DNA of 64,000 bases from a virus. Lineage: Duplodnaviria > Caudoviricetes. The notes beneath the pieces are model-generated. The model did no database searches, was not told where the DNA came from, and saw only the letters and a program-made list of their open reading frames with translations. The position numbers and the translations under genes were made by a program. The stretch is from positions 66,758 to 130,757 of the IMG/VR virus record IMGVR_UViG_3300025986_000001; one strand, 5' to 3'. Below are positions 1-9,350 of the stretch, one piece after another (within the stretch, counting starts at the first letter, position 1; each line of letters opens with the position of its first letter).

Positions 1-117
1 CCACTCGACGATCGCGATAACCGGCTTGCTCATGTCGATCTCCTCGTTCTCCGTACGCACCGTGCGCCGGTGGCGTCCCGCCCGGCCAGCGCCGGGCGAG
101 CACCATCATGCCCACGG

Positions 118-426
118 TCAGATCAGGTCGCGAACGTGCGCCATAGCCAGCCGGAACGGCTCGTCATCCTCGTCGTGACTGAAACCGGCATTGGGTTTCA
201 GCAGCGCGCGGAAGATGTCGTGATGCACATCCTCGGGCTCGCCGTCGCCGTCGCCATGCATCATGATCACGTGTCCGGCGGCGTCCGTCCGTCCGGCGAT
301 CACGAACACTGCGGCGATGCTCTCGATCTCCTCGCAGGTCATTGCCGAGAAGGCGTTGCCCACCCTGATGGCCATCAGGGTGTCGGCCATGCCATCCACG
401 GCCGACGCCAGCTGTGCTGAACTCAT
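118..426 (-). CDS. hypothetical early protein
   Basis: ATG (MSSAQL) with purine-rich RBS directly after a repeat copy. Confidence 0.75.
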   Translation of the reverse strand: MSSAQLASAVDGMADTLMAIRVGNAFSAMTCEEIESIAAVFVIAGRTDAAGHVIMMHGDGDGEPEDVHHDIFRALLKPNAGFSHDEDDEPFRLAMAHVRDLI

Positions 427-519
427 ATGTATCCCTCTCTGTTCCCCGAACGCACCATGCGCCGGTGGCGAGCGACGCCGACCATCGACCGGCGTCGCCA
501 CCATCACGCGCAGGGGGGG

Positions 520-783
520 TCAGGTCAGGCCCGGCTCACGCGGGGCCACGGTGAACCCGCCCTCGTCCAACTTGTCGCCCAGGTCCCCGCAGTCGCTGTT
601 TTTCCGCAACTCGTTACGGACCTTCTCCCATTCGACAATGGCGATCTCCGGCACTCGCCATGCCGACACGTCGCCGCCGCCGTGCAGCGCCGCCAGTCCC
701 AGCGACGCGGCTGCCTCGGTGTTCGGGCACGCCACCAGCAGCGCGGATTCGTTGTCGCTCAACAGCACGTAGACATTTCCCAT
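520..783 (-). CDS. hypothetical early protein
   Basis: MGNVYV start, GAGGGAGA RBS. Confidence 0.75.
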   Translation of the reverse strand: MGNVYVLLSDNESALLVACPNTEAAASLGLAALHGGGDVSAWRVPEIAIVEWEKVRNELRKNSDCGDLGDKLDEGGFTVAPREPGLT

Positions 784-968
784 GATCTCTCCCTCACAGA
801 TTCCCATCGCGCTCGCACGGCGATGGTGCGGGCACAGGCCTAGGCCTGTGCCCGCACCATCATCCGGACGCCTTGCCCAGATCTTCACGGGTCAGCCGTT
901 CGACGCCCGGCCCGGCCGTCCAGTGGGTATCCGACCCGACTTGGAGACGACAACCTCGCGCACACCCA

Positions 969-1277
969 CTACGCCTCCGCCCAGAACACGGCGACCCCGC
1001 CGACGGTGCGGGCCAGCGCCAGCGCCGCATCGAGGTCGCTGACAAAAAGTGCGCACGAGCCGCAGGCCTGAATTCCCTCGTTAGTATTCATCGCCTCCAA
1101 CGCCCCCGGCACCGGCGAGAACTCGCAGGTGTCGCAGTCGCCGTGCGGCACCGGCGACGGGAGCAGGGCCGGGCCGTTGAACCAGTCCACCGGCTGTCCG
1201 TCAACCTCGACCCACGGGTCGGTGCCGTCCGCGATCAGCGCCTCGGTCGGGGTGCCGTCATAGATCGTGCGTCGCAT
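969..1277 (-). CDS. hypothetical protein with two CxxC pairs
   Basis: MRRTIY start after repeat; CDTC...CGSC. Confidence 0.75.
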   Translation of the reverse strand: MRRTIYDGTPTEALIADGTDPWVEVDGQPVDWFNGPALLPSPVPHGDCDTCEFSPVPGALEAMNTNEGIQACGSCALFVSDLDAALALARTVGGVAVFWAEA

Positions 1278-1362
1278 GGGTGATCCTCTCTCCGGGCGCA
1301 CCGTGCGCCGGTGGCGGACGACGCAGGACATCGACCTGCGTCGTCACCATCATCCGCGCGGC

Positions 1363-1668
1363 TCAGCCCAGGCCTTCACGGGTCAGCCGTTCGACGCCCG
1401 GCCCAGCCGTCCAGCAGGTACCCGGCCCGGCCTGGTGGCTTTCCCGGATGTACACCACATCGGCGCGCGGGTCGGTCAGGAATCCCCGGGCGATCTCGCG
1501 CGCCTTGGCCAGTGCCTTGGCCTGTTCTTCGTCGCCGCCGTCGGCCGGTGTCGTATCGGCGTAGACATCCATGTCGCCGAACATCCCGCCTTCGGGCAGG
1601 TAGCGGCCTTGTTTGTCCACCGGATGAATGTGATAGCCGATCCGGTACGGCTTACTGACGTAGTTCAT
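1363..1668 (-). CDS. hypothetical early protein
   Basis: MNYVSK start, ATGA overlap with upstream gene. Confidence 0.7.
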   Translation of the reverse strand: MNYVSKPYRIGYHIHPVDKQGRYLPEGGMFGDMDVYADTTPADGGDEEQAKALAKAREIARGFLTDPRADVVYIRESHQAGPGTCWTAGPGVERLTREGLG

Positions 1669-1901
1669 CCCGCCGGTTCCTCGTCGCGGTCCTCGCTCAG
1701 AATCGCCCGGATCGCCTCCAGGTCCGGGGTGTCCGTGCAGATCAACTCCCGGATGGCGCGCACCTGTGGCACCGTGACGTTGAGCCACTTCGAGCTTGCT
1801 TCGTCACCGGTGATCTTCAGAGTCAGCGCGTGCCGCTCCGGATGACCGGCCAGCGCCCGCTGAATCTCGCCTCGGACATAGGTCTCGTGATACTCATCCA
1901 T
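1665..1901 (-). CDS. hypothetical early protein
   Basis: MDEYHE start after repeat and RBS. Confidence 0.75.
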   Translation of the reverse strand: MDEYHETYVRGEIQRALAGHPERHALTLKITGDEASSKWLNVTVPQVRAIRELICTDTPDLEAIRAILSEDRDEEPAG

Positions 1902-1988
1902 GCCGAACTCTCCCTTCCCGTACGCACCGTGCGCCGGTGGCGAGCGGCGCCGGCCATCGACCGGCGTCGCCACCATCATCCGCGCGGC

Positions 1989-2192
1989 TCAGTCCTCGTC
2001 GTCATCCTCGGCGACGGCTGCCCGCCAGAGCGCACAGACCTCTTCCACGACCTCTTGCTGCCGCAGGCTCAGATCCTCCGTGTGCCCGGCGTAGAGCACC
2101 TCCGCAAGGGTGTGTAGCGCGGTCTCGATGCTGGCTCCGCTCATCTGTGCAGCGAGCGAGCCTTCGGGGAAGTCCTTGATTACGTAAGCCAT
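1989..2192 (-). CDS. hypothetical early protein
   Basis: MAYVIK start after repeat and RBS. Confidence 0.75.
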   Translation of the reverse strand: MAYVIKDFPEGSLAAQMSGASIETALHTLAEVLYAGHTEDLSLRQQEVVEEVCALWRAAVAEDDDED

Positions 2193-2262
2193 GTCGCCGA
2201 TCCCTTTCCCGAACGCACCGTGCGCCGGTGGCCAGCGGCCGGGCTCACACCCGGCCGGACCA

Positions 2263-2457
2263 TCATCCGCGCGGTGTCCAGGCGGCAGGCGCGAACCTAC
2301 CGCGAGACAGCCAGTCATCCAGGTCGCCGAACGCCTCGATCACCTCATCACCGGCGTCCTTCACGTGCGTGATCGCGGTGACATCGGCGATAGCGATCAC
2401 GTGTTCCAGCTCGGCAAGCGCCGCGCGCAGCCGGGCCAGGGCGGCATCAGGATCCAT
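2263..2457 (-). CDS. hypothetical protein (MDPDAAL...LDDWLSRGRFAPAAW type)
   Basis: ORF with RBS; its stop codon lies inside the repeat's TGATGGT. Confidence 0.75.
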   Translation of the reverse strand: MDPDAALARLRAALAELEHVIAIADVTAITHVKDAGDEVIEAFGDLDDWLSRGRFAPAAWTPRG

Positions 2458-2487
2458 GATCTTCTCTCTTCCTGCTCGTGCGCCGGA

Positions 2488-2784
2488 CTACGCCAGCGCT
2501 TCTCGGGCGATGTTCTGCTGTCGGGTGGTGGTTTTGCTGTACCGGGCTTCCGGCAGCCGGACACTCCCATCGACCAGTACCCACGCAATCGGCGTGGCGT
2601 AGGAGTACACCGTGTAGACGACCTCCCGCCGCGCCACGTCGGCCTCGTATCCGTCCCGATCGGCATTGCTCAGCTGATGATCGCTGGCCAGTCCACCACC
2701 GGCCCGGCCGGACATGCTGGCGGACAGGAACGCCCGCCGGTCGCGGATAGCGTCGACGATGTCGTCGCGGTTCATGCTCGGCAT
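2488..2784 (-). CDS. hypothetical early protein
   Basis: MPSMNR start; YTVYSYATPIAW...YSKTTTRQQ motif. Confidence 0.8.
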   Translation of the reverse strand: MPSMNRDDIVDAIRDRRAFLSASMSGRAGGGLASDHQLSNADRDGYEADVARREVVYTVYSYATPIAWVLVDGSVRLPEARYSKTTTRQQNIAREALA

Positions 2785-2917
2785 ATTGATCTTTCTCGTC
2801 TCTCCGTACGCACCGTGCGCCGGTGGCCACCGGCCGGACCGAAGTCCGGCCGGACCATCACACCCACGGTCAGCAGTCAGCGCCCAGCTTGCGATAGACC
2901 TGACCATCAGCTCAGGG

Positions 2918-3301
2918 TTACCGGCCAGATTCGGGCACACCCGCACCCTTGATCTCAGGGCAGTAATGCTTGGTCCGGCTTTTGCCGTCGACCACGCCCA
3001 GCGAATACCACTCATCGACTCGGACCGTCGCGCTTCCGCGCACCTCCGACCGCACCTCGGCCACCTCCGGCGGGTAATCGGCCAGGATCACCCCGCGCGC
3101 ATCGGCGAACGCGTCCACCTGGCCGATGTAGTACGCGGCGGCCTCGCGTGGCTGCCCCAGCCAGACCACCTGGCTGTTACCGTCCATGATCCGAGATCCG
3201 GCCCCGAGATCGGTCCCGAACTCGGCCTCGGCCACGTAGTTGTTGCTCAACGCGCGTGCATACGCGCTGACGGTGCGGACGTGCTCCTTGGTAATACGCA
3301 T
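2918..3301 (-). CDS. hypothetical protein, paralogue of 4386-4733
   Basis: MRIT start; shared VWLGQPREA.AYY.GQ. Confidence 0.75.
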   Translation of the reverse strand: MRITKEHVRTVSAYARALSNNYVAEAEFGTDLGAGSRIMDGNSQVVWLGQPREAAAYYIGQVDAFADARGVILADYPPEVAEVRSEVRGSATVRVDEWYSLGVVDGKSRTKHYCPEIKGAGVPESGR

Positions 3302-3378
3302 TCGAGTACCCCTTTCTCCGGCGCTCCGTGCGCCGATGGCATCAACCACGACCTATCCGGCCGGCCGCGGTCGCACCA

Positions 3379-3789
3379 TCATCCGCGCGGTCGCACCACC
3401 AGCACTGCCCCGAACCGGCCGACCAGCGGATGCACCGGCTCCGTACCCGGCCACATCAGCGGCCACGTCGCGCTCAGCGCGGCCTCGCCGACCCCGTCCA
3501 GGGTGTGATACTGCCGTGCGGTGAAATCCACGTTCACCGGCTCGCCGTCGACCACCACCCGTGTCCACACGTGATAGTCGGCCCACGGATGCTCGGCTTC
3601 GGTCGCCCGGACCACGCAGGCCGCCCCGCCGCGCTCGCCGACGTACGCGGCGAACCGGGCTCCCGCCTGATCACAAGCCCACGTGTCGGTGGCATCGTCC
3701 TCGTCCGCGCTGACATCCGGATAGCGGCGCCAGACATCGGCCATCGGCTCCGCGCTCGCGAACCCGTCGATCAGCTCCTGCAGTTCCAT
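3379..3789 (-). CDS. hypothetical protein, possible Cys-His-Asp (transglutaminase/papain-like) fold
   Basis: WAC...YHVW...VDFTARQY pattern; fold is inference. Confidence 0.6.
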   Translation of the reverse strand: MELQELIDGFASAEPMADVWRRYPDVSADEDDATDTWACDQAGARFAAYVGERGGAACVVRATEAEHPWADYHVWTRVVVDGEPVNVDFTARQYHTLDGVGEAALSATWPLMWPGTEPVHPLVGRFGAVLVVRPRG

Positions 3790-3857
3790 CCTCAACTACC
3801 TCTCTCGTCGCGTTGTGCGCCGGTGGCCGACGGCCGGGAGTGTGCCCGGCCGGACCA

Positions 3858-4130
3858 TCATGCGAACAAAGCATCCTGTTGCGGGTGAACAACCTGCGAT
3901 TGGTAGACGACCACCGAGACGACGTGTGGCGTTTCATCATCGCCGACCAGCGTGTAAGTGGCCGTCCAGAAGTGGCCACCTCCGGTCATGTCACAGTGCT
4001 CGACCTCGATGGCAGGATTCCTGCATGCGCGCAGGAATCCTGCCTCCTGGCCACCGTCGGAGAAGGTGACCACCACCGGCTCCCCGATCATGCTGGCGTA
4101 ACGGTCACTGCTGCTTTCGACGTCACTCAT
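3858..4130 (-). CDS. hypothetical early protein
   Basis: ORF lying between two repeat copies. Confidence 0.7.
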   Translation of the reverse strand: MSDVESSSDRYASMIGEPVVVTFSDGGQEAGFLRACRNPAIEVEHCDMTGGGHFWTATYTLVGDDETPHVVSVVVYQSQVVHPQQDALFA

Positions 4131-4206
4131 GCCCGTAACCCGCTATCTCCGTCGCACCGTGCGCCGGTGGCACCGACCCTGGCCCGTTCCGGCCAGGGTC
4201 GCACCA

Positions 4207-4386
4207 TCATCCGAACGGCCCGATACCGAACACGTCGGCCACCCGCTTGATCAGCTCGTAGCACTGGCGATCGGTCTCTCGCGCTGCCGACGCGTCGGCT
4301 ACGTGGACCTCCGCCCACCCGAACACCGTCGCCAGGTCCTCGCGCAGCTGCGGCGTCACCTCTACCACACGGTTGCTTCCGTCCAT
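4207..4386 (-). CDS. hypothetical early protein
   Basis: MDGSNR start coupled to upstream stop; GAGG RBS. Confidence 0.65.
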   Translation of the reverse strand: MDGSNRVVEVTPQLREDLATVFGWAEVHVADASAARETDRQCYELIKRVADVFGIGPFG

Positions 4387-4733
4387 CAGCGTGCGCCGCC
4401 TCGGTATGCGCCGGTGCTCTTGCCCCGCGCGTACCACTTGGCGATGGACGCCTTCCGGCCGATGTCCAGGTTGATTTCGTCCCGGGCCTCCTGCACGTGG
4501 GACGGCAGGGGAACGTCGCCCAGGCCCTTCACGTCGCGGTACCCCTCGATCTGCCCGAGGTAGTAGGCCGTCGCCTCGCGCGGCTGACCCAGCCAGACCA
4601 GCTGCTCATCGCCGTCGATGACCCGCGCGCCGTGCCCGAGGTCCGCGCCGACATTGCAGACGCTGATCCCCCCGTCGCTGATCTCGTTGGCGTAGCGGCT
4701 CATGTCCTGCGCGGTCGTGCCTGTGATGCGCAT
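4386..4733 (-). CDS. hypothetical protein, paralogue of 2918-3301
   Basis: MRITGT start; shared motif. Confidence 0.75.
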   Translation of the reverse strand: MRITGTTAQDMSRYANEISDGGISVCNVGADLGHGARVIDGDEQLVWLGQPREATAYYLGQIEGYRDVKGLGDVPLPSHVQEARDEINLDIGRKASIAKWYARGKSTGAYRGGAR

Positions 4734-4820
4734 CGAAATACCTCTCTCCGTGCCCGGCCTCGTGCCGTGCTCCGGCGGCAACCCGCCCGGCCTGCCGGGC
4801 GAGCACCGTCACGAGCACGG

Positions 4821-5234
4821 TCAGCCCTCATCTCCGCGCAAGTCGAGCGCGGCCATGCTCAGCTCATCGGAGTTGAGGTACGCCCACTCGGCCACAGCGG
4901 CCGAGAACAGCCAGCCGTCGACCGGTTCGCTCGCGCCCATGGTGGCCTGATACGCCTCGGCTTCAGCGGTTAGGTATCCACACAGCACGGCAAGCGCCTC
5001 GCGGATGGTCTCGCCCGGTTCGAGGCGCGTGGCGCGCGGCGACAGCGCCACGTCGTTGCCGTAATACTCCCCACCGGGGAAGTCGACGAAGTACGACACG
5101 CGCGCCTTGTCACCGTCGTACCCGGTGATCCAGGCACTGAGACGGCCACCGGTCGCACGTTCCGGATCGATGGCGATCGAGGGGATCAGGCGCGGGCCGA
5201 TGCTCAGCGGCGCGGTCAGAACGTAGCTGGTCAT
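4821..5234 (-). CDS. hypothetical early protein
   Basis: MTSYVL start, GGAGAGAGG RBS. Confidence 0.8.
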   Translation of the reverse strand: MTSYVLTAPLSIGPRLIPSIAIDPERATGGRLSAWITGYDGDKARVSYFVDFPGGEYYGNDVALSPRATRLEPGETIREALAVLCGYLTAEAEAYQATMGASEPVDGWLFSAAVAEWAYLNSDELSMAALDLRGDEG

Positions 5235-5325
5235 GATTGCCTCTCTCCGGTCGGCGGTAGCGCCGTATGCCGGTGGCCAGCGGCCGGAATACTGCCCGGC
5301 CGGACCATCACACATACGGAACCGT

Positions 5326-5418
5326 TCAGATTTCCGCATCCCAGCCGTACAGCCATCCCTCACGGCGCACCCGACGTGCCCAGGACGCGAGGTTGTTGAC
5401 GAGAATGTTGAGGAACAT
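5326..5418 (-). CDS. 30-aa peptide MFLNILVNNLASWARRVRREGWLYGWDAEI
   Basis: Not in the ORF track; fills the gap between two repeat copies and has an AAGGG RBS. Confidence 0.55.
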   Translation of the reverse strand: MFLNILVNNLASWARRVRREGWLYGWDAEI

Positions 5419-5498
5419 ATCTTTACCCTTCTATCTCCGGCCGTGCGCCGGTGGCTCCCGGCCGGAGCATGCCCCGGCCGGAACCATCACACACACGG

Positions 5499-5771
5499 TC
5501 AGGACAACCGGGCCGCCGACGGTGACCAGGCCGACAGCAGATGATCGGCCGCATCGGCGCGCGTCTCGTAACCGACGGTCCACGCCTGCCTCCCCTCGTC
5601 ACCGGCCAGGAGGTACCCCCACCCGTCGACCCGCTGTTCGGCCCGTGCCACGTGTCCGGCCAGCCGACCGTCGTACTTGACTGGCGCGGCCGTACGCGTC
5701 GTGCCGTCCGGGTTCGCCACCTCGACCGCCCGCCCGTAACTGATCTTGTCGTGGTTCCATAGGAAACGCAT
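5499..5771 (-). CDS. hypothetical early protein
   Basis: ORF with GAGGGA RBS. Confidence 0.7.
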   Translation of the reverse strand: MRFLWNHDKISYGRAVEVANPDGTTRTAAPVKYDGRLAGHVARAEQRVDGWGYLLAGDEGRQAWTVGYETRADAADHLLSAWSPSAARLS

Positions 5772-5780
5772 GGCAATCCC

Positions 5781-6026
5781 TCAATTCCCGGTGGGAGCGC
5801 TCGGATCGTCAGCCCACCACAAACACCGTGTGTCGGCGTAGTAGCGCGTGCCGCCATCCCATGACACGGTGACGCCGTACGTGCAGTGCGCGGCGCCGGG
5901 AGTGACGACCCCGCGCTTACCATCGCAGTCGATCACCGCGCGCCCTTCGTTGGTCGTGTTGCCCTGGTCAACCCCGAACAGGAAATGCCCGCCGTGATCG
6001 GGCTTGTCGCCGAAGCTGTGCGCCAT
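5781..6026 (-). CDS. hypothetical early protein
   Basis: MAHSFG start after repeat. Confidence 0.7.
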   Translation of the reverse strand: MAHSFGDKPDHGGHFLFGVDQGNTTNEGRAVIDCDGKRGVVTPGAAHCTYGVTVSWDGGTRYYADTRCLWWADDPSAPTGN

Positions 6027-6111
6027 GGCGCACCCGCCTTTCCCCGCACGCACCGTGCGCCGGTGGCCACCGGCCGGGCAAGCGCCCGGCCGGACCATCA
6101 CACACACGGTC

Positions 6112-6378
6112 TCACTGCACGTCCGAGTAGTCCTCGACGTCGTGTCGGTGCTCGACCCGCCCCTCGCGGTAGACGATTGTGCCCGGCTCGTCCAGCTCCT
6201 GCACCCGAATCGGGTGCATCCACACGTCCCGATGCGCGTTGTTCTCGCGCGTCGTGATCTCGTCTCGCAGGGCGCGCCGCGCCGCGATCAGCGGCGAGAC
6301 ACACTCAACAGGCACCCGAACGTGCCAGACGCCGGAACCGTTGGCCCAAGTGGTCACTCGCGGGTCATCCATGGTCAT
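6112..6378 (-). CDS. hypothetical early protein
   Basis: MTMDDP start after repeat. Confidence 0.7.
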   Translation of the reverse strand: MTMDDPRVTTWANGSGVWHVRVPVECVSPLIAARRALRDEITTRENNAHRDVWMHPIRVQELDEPGTIVYREGRVEHRHDVEDYSDVQ

Positions 6379-6453
6379 CCCTTCGCTCCGTACGCACCGT
6401 GCGCCGGTGGCCAGCGGCCGGAGCATGCTCCGGCCGGACCATCACACACACGA

Positions 6454-6846
6454 TCAGCGGTTGTCGATGTAACCCGGCCACGTTGGCGGGTGCGCCACGA
6501 TCGTCAGCTCCCGGTGGTCGATCTTGCGTCGGCCGCACCGGCGGCACTCCAGCGGACGGCGGCTGTGCGCCTCGAACCCGGGCAGATCACACCGCCCGTA
6601 CCCATCGGCGGGCCGGTCGTCGCCGCGCTCGTTCCAGTCCCAGCCGTGCGCCTCAGCGACCCTTTCCCGGCGCGCCTCGATGCCGTACCCCTTGAGCGAG
6701 GTGACATCAACGCCGTTGAGATCCAGCAACCTGTCGATCATGGTGCGGGTGCAGACACCCAAGATGTCGAACGCCCGCATGGTGGTCGTTGCCTGCGCGA
6801 TGCGGTCATTGATCCCCGCCACGTGCTCATCGGTGATGTGACCCAT
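6454..6846 (-). CDS. hypothetical protein with C-terminal Cys cluster
   Basis: MGHITD start, GAGGAA RBS. Confidence 0.7.
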   Translation of the reverse strand: MGHITDEHVAGINDRIAQATTTMRAFDILGVCTRTMIDRLLDLNGVDVTSLKGYGIEARRERVAEAHGWDWNERGDDRPADGYGRCDLPGFEAHSRRPLECRRCGRRKIDHRELTIVAHPPTWPGYIDNR

Positions 6847-6946
6847 GTAAATTCCTCGCTTTCCCTCTCCGATGCCCGTGCATCGGTGGCATCGACAGCG
6901 GCCGATTCGGCCGGCCGCTGTCGCACCATCCATGCGCGGCGATGGA

Positions 6947-7270
6947 TCAGACCTGCTCGACGATTACCCCGATCAAGTCCAGGTCCGAGCGGACCAGGGT
7001 GTACGCCTCATCCTCGGCGTACCAACCGGCCTCATGCGCGCCATCGTGACGCAGGTGCTCGGCGTCACGAGCCTCGATCAACCCGGTGTAGGTGGTGTAA
7101 GCGCAGGTGCCGCAAGACAGCGGCACGCGGGTAGTGGCGACCGCGCGGGGCACCCGGCACTCTTCGTCGGTGTTGCCGTAGCGCAACCGGTCGAAGAGCT
7201 CGGCCAGGATGTCAGCGCGCACCGCGCCGGTCGATCCCTTGGCATCGGCCAGCAGTCCATCGTTAACCAT
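6947..7270 (-). CDS. hypothetical early protein
   Basis: MVNDGL start after repeat. Confidence 0.7.
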   Translation of the reverse strand: MVNDGLLADAKGSTGAVRADILAELFDRLRYGNTDEECRVPRAVATTRVPLSCGTCAYTTYTGLIEARDAEHLRHDGAHEAGWYAEDEAYTLVRSDLDLIGVIVEQV

Positions 7271-7355
7271 GTCGATCCCTGTCTCTCTCCGGCCTGTGTG
7301 CCGGTGGCCAGCGGCCGGAGCATGCTCCGGCCGGACCATCACACCCACAGCCGTC

Positions 7356-7784
7356 TTACGCGCCCTGCGGCGGGAACGACGGACCGGTGTCGCGCGCCGA
7401 CCCCACGCCGTTGCGAGACGCGCCGACCGTGCCGTTGACGCGCCCCACGTCGAACATGTTCGTCCGTGCGATCATGTCGTGCGCCCGTACGGTCATGCCG
7501 CGCACAGACTCGCCCCTCCATCGTCCGTCATGAGCGCGCACCTTCGTAGGCGTTTTCACATGCTTGGACGCGACCCCGCCCGCCGGAAGCGGATCCGCCC
7601 AACCGGCGGCATCGACATCCGTGCCCAGCTCGAAATGCGCCCGGCCGCCGTCGGCGAACGTGACGATCCGTGCCGGTGCCGACCACGTCGATTTGACCGC
7701 GGTGAACGTGCCGACTCCGTCGGTTGCCGTAGCGACTGTGCGCCCGCCGATGACCATGCCTCGGCGGATGGATGCTGCCTTCAT
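7356..7784 (-). CDS. hypothetical protein, first gene of the leftward array
   Basis: MKAASI start, AGGAGA RBS. Confidence 0.7.
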   Translation of the reverse strand: MKAASIRRGMVIGGRTVATATDGVGTFTAVKSTWSAPARIVTFADGGRAHFELGTDVDAAGWADPLPAGGVASKHVKTPTKVRAHDGRWRGESVRGMTVRAHDMIARTNMFDVGRVNGTVGASRNGVGSARDTGPSFPPQGA

Positions 7785-7943
7785 CGAATTTCTCCTGTCC
7801 TGCCCAAGACCTAGGCAGAGCGATTGTCCGATCATATGGAGCGAGGACCGTCTATGACGGGGGTATCGCGATGATCAGACAATCACCCTTGCTCATGCCT
7901 TGCTCATACACTGCACCGTTGGGTTACGCATCGACTCTTGTCG

Positions 7944-8351
7944 TGTCCCCTAGCTATCTGCTAGCGCCGATCCCTGCGGGACCGTTCCGGGGGCGGGAGC
8001 CTGAACGCTGCCCCTCGTGCCACGTCGTGAACCGATGCCCGGACCTTGCATCCGGTCGCGTTAATGTGCTGCGTGACGACTCCGGTTGCTGGCCGGGGGA
8101 TCGTCCGCGAGATGAGCAGCTTAGACACAGAGCCTTGTATGAATGCCTGCCCATATAGAGATGCAGCGTCGGGATTCGCACCGTTTCATCGCACGCCGTG
8201 ACGTTTACGATCATCTACCTCTGCCCGCTCCGCCCGATTGTCCTGCGCCCACTGCTTGATCATCGCTTGTCTGTCCCCTAGCTATCTACTAGCGCCGATC
8301 CCGTGCGGGACCGTTCCGGGGGCGGGGACCTGAACGCTGTCCCTCATGCCA
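7944..8351. repeat. about 80-bp imperfect direct repeat (7944-8022 and 8272-8351)
   Basis: tgtcccctagctatct.ctagcgccgatccc...cctgaacgctg.ccctc.tgcca occurs twice. Confidence 0.9.
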
Positions 8352-8957
8352 GAAATATCGATGTCAGTTCAGATGGGTCTAGTACTGATCGATAGGAGAG
8401 AACGGGATCGCTGATCAGCGATGAACTTTCCGCCTTCTCTCACACGTCCGTACGCTTCACAGCGTTCGGGTGCCTCGGCGGAACCTCCCCCACGTGCAGG
8501 GGACACCTCCGCCTTATTCCAGAGCCAGCGCTGTGACCGGTCTCCCGTGGGATGTACGCCGCAGAGGGGCGCTTTCCTCAACCATCGGGACCGCATCGCC
8601 GCCCCGTTCAGATCGGGGACCGCGCTACGTGCTCTTGTGTTGTCAGGTGAACGGGACCGATTCCGCATCCCCCCGCTGCGCTAGCCGGAGGATGGGATTC
8701 CCGCTGCCGCCCTGCCTCGGCGACAGAACAAGTAGGCGCCTCCGACCCATACCGCGTCAAGTCGGACTAGACATTTTCTGGATTTTTCTTGTTTCCCCTG
8801 GTCAGCGACTTGCGCCATCGACACACCCGCTTTCACTTACGGGTGAACCAATCGGCGTTCAGCGATCATTTTGCCCTATATGGACGGTCATTTTCCGACC
8901 CTTTCTAGCACCTTTACCCGATGCCACACGAACCGATAAGCCGATGACAAGCGACTA

Positions 8958-9350
8958 GTTTTTCCGTAATTCGAGAATCCTCGATTTCATCCGGGGAGAC
9001 GGTTACTGGATCGCAGAGGAAGCCCCCTCTATAAGCCCCCTCTATATAAGCCCTTCTATATATTACTGTTCTACAATAAATAAGATCAACTATGTATCAC
9101 ATGAATAAATAATAGGAACGCACACGCACGCGTTGCACATCATGCGCTACATTGTCAAATCGACATGTCATGAGTGAGCGCAGCATCAATGCGTACTGAT
9201 CTTAGATATGATTATATGCACATATTCGTGAATAGAATCATGGAAGAAAATCAGATCGCATATTTAAATAAATCCACATTCGAAAATTGAAGATCGTAGC
9301 GTGTGGAGCGATCGAGACCTTTAGGTGGTTGAATTTGAATTCGCAAATAT
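8958..9350. other. AT-rich non-coding island with three tandem AAGCCC(C/T)-type repeats; candidate origin or genome-end region
   Basis: Sharp GC drop; repeats aagccccctctat (x2) and aagcccttctat at 9020-9063. Confidence 0.5.

Larger units (their letters stand above)
51..7343 (-). repeat. 17 copies of an intergenic hairpin/palindrome element preceding early genes
   Basis: Minus-strand consensus TGATGGT-[variable GC stem-loop]-GCCACCGG-CGCACGGTGCG, followed by RBS and ATG. Copies at about 51-109, 446-506, 803-863, 1297-1353, 1918-1979, 2209-2266, 2804-2862, 3318-3382, 3809-3861, 4149-4210, 4761-4811, 5260-5312, 5441-5491, 6044-6102, 6388-6446, 6873-6930, 7293-7343. Confidence 0.95.

Noticed and set aside
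51-7343. CRISPR array
   Set aside because: Repeats are degenerate, spacers are 100-700 bp genes, and no cas genes are visible.
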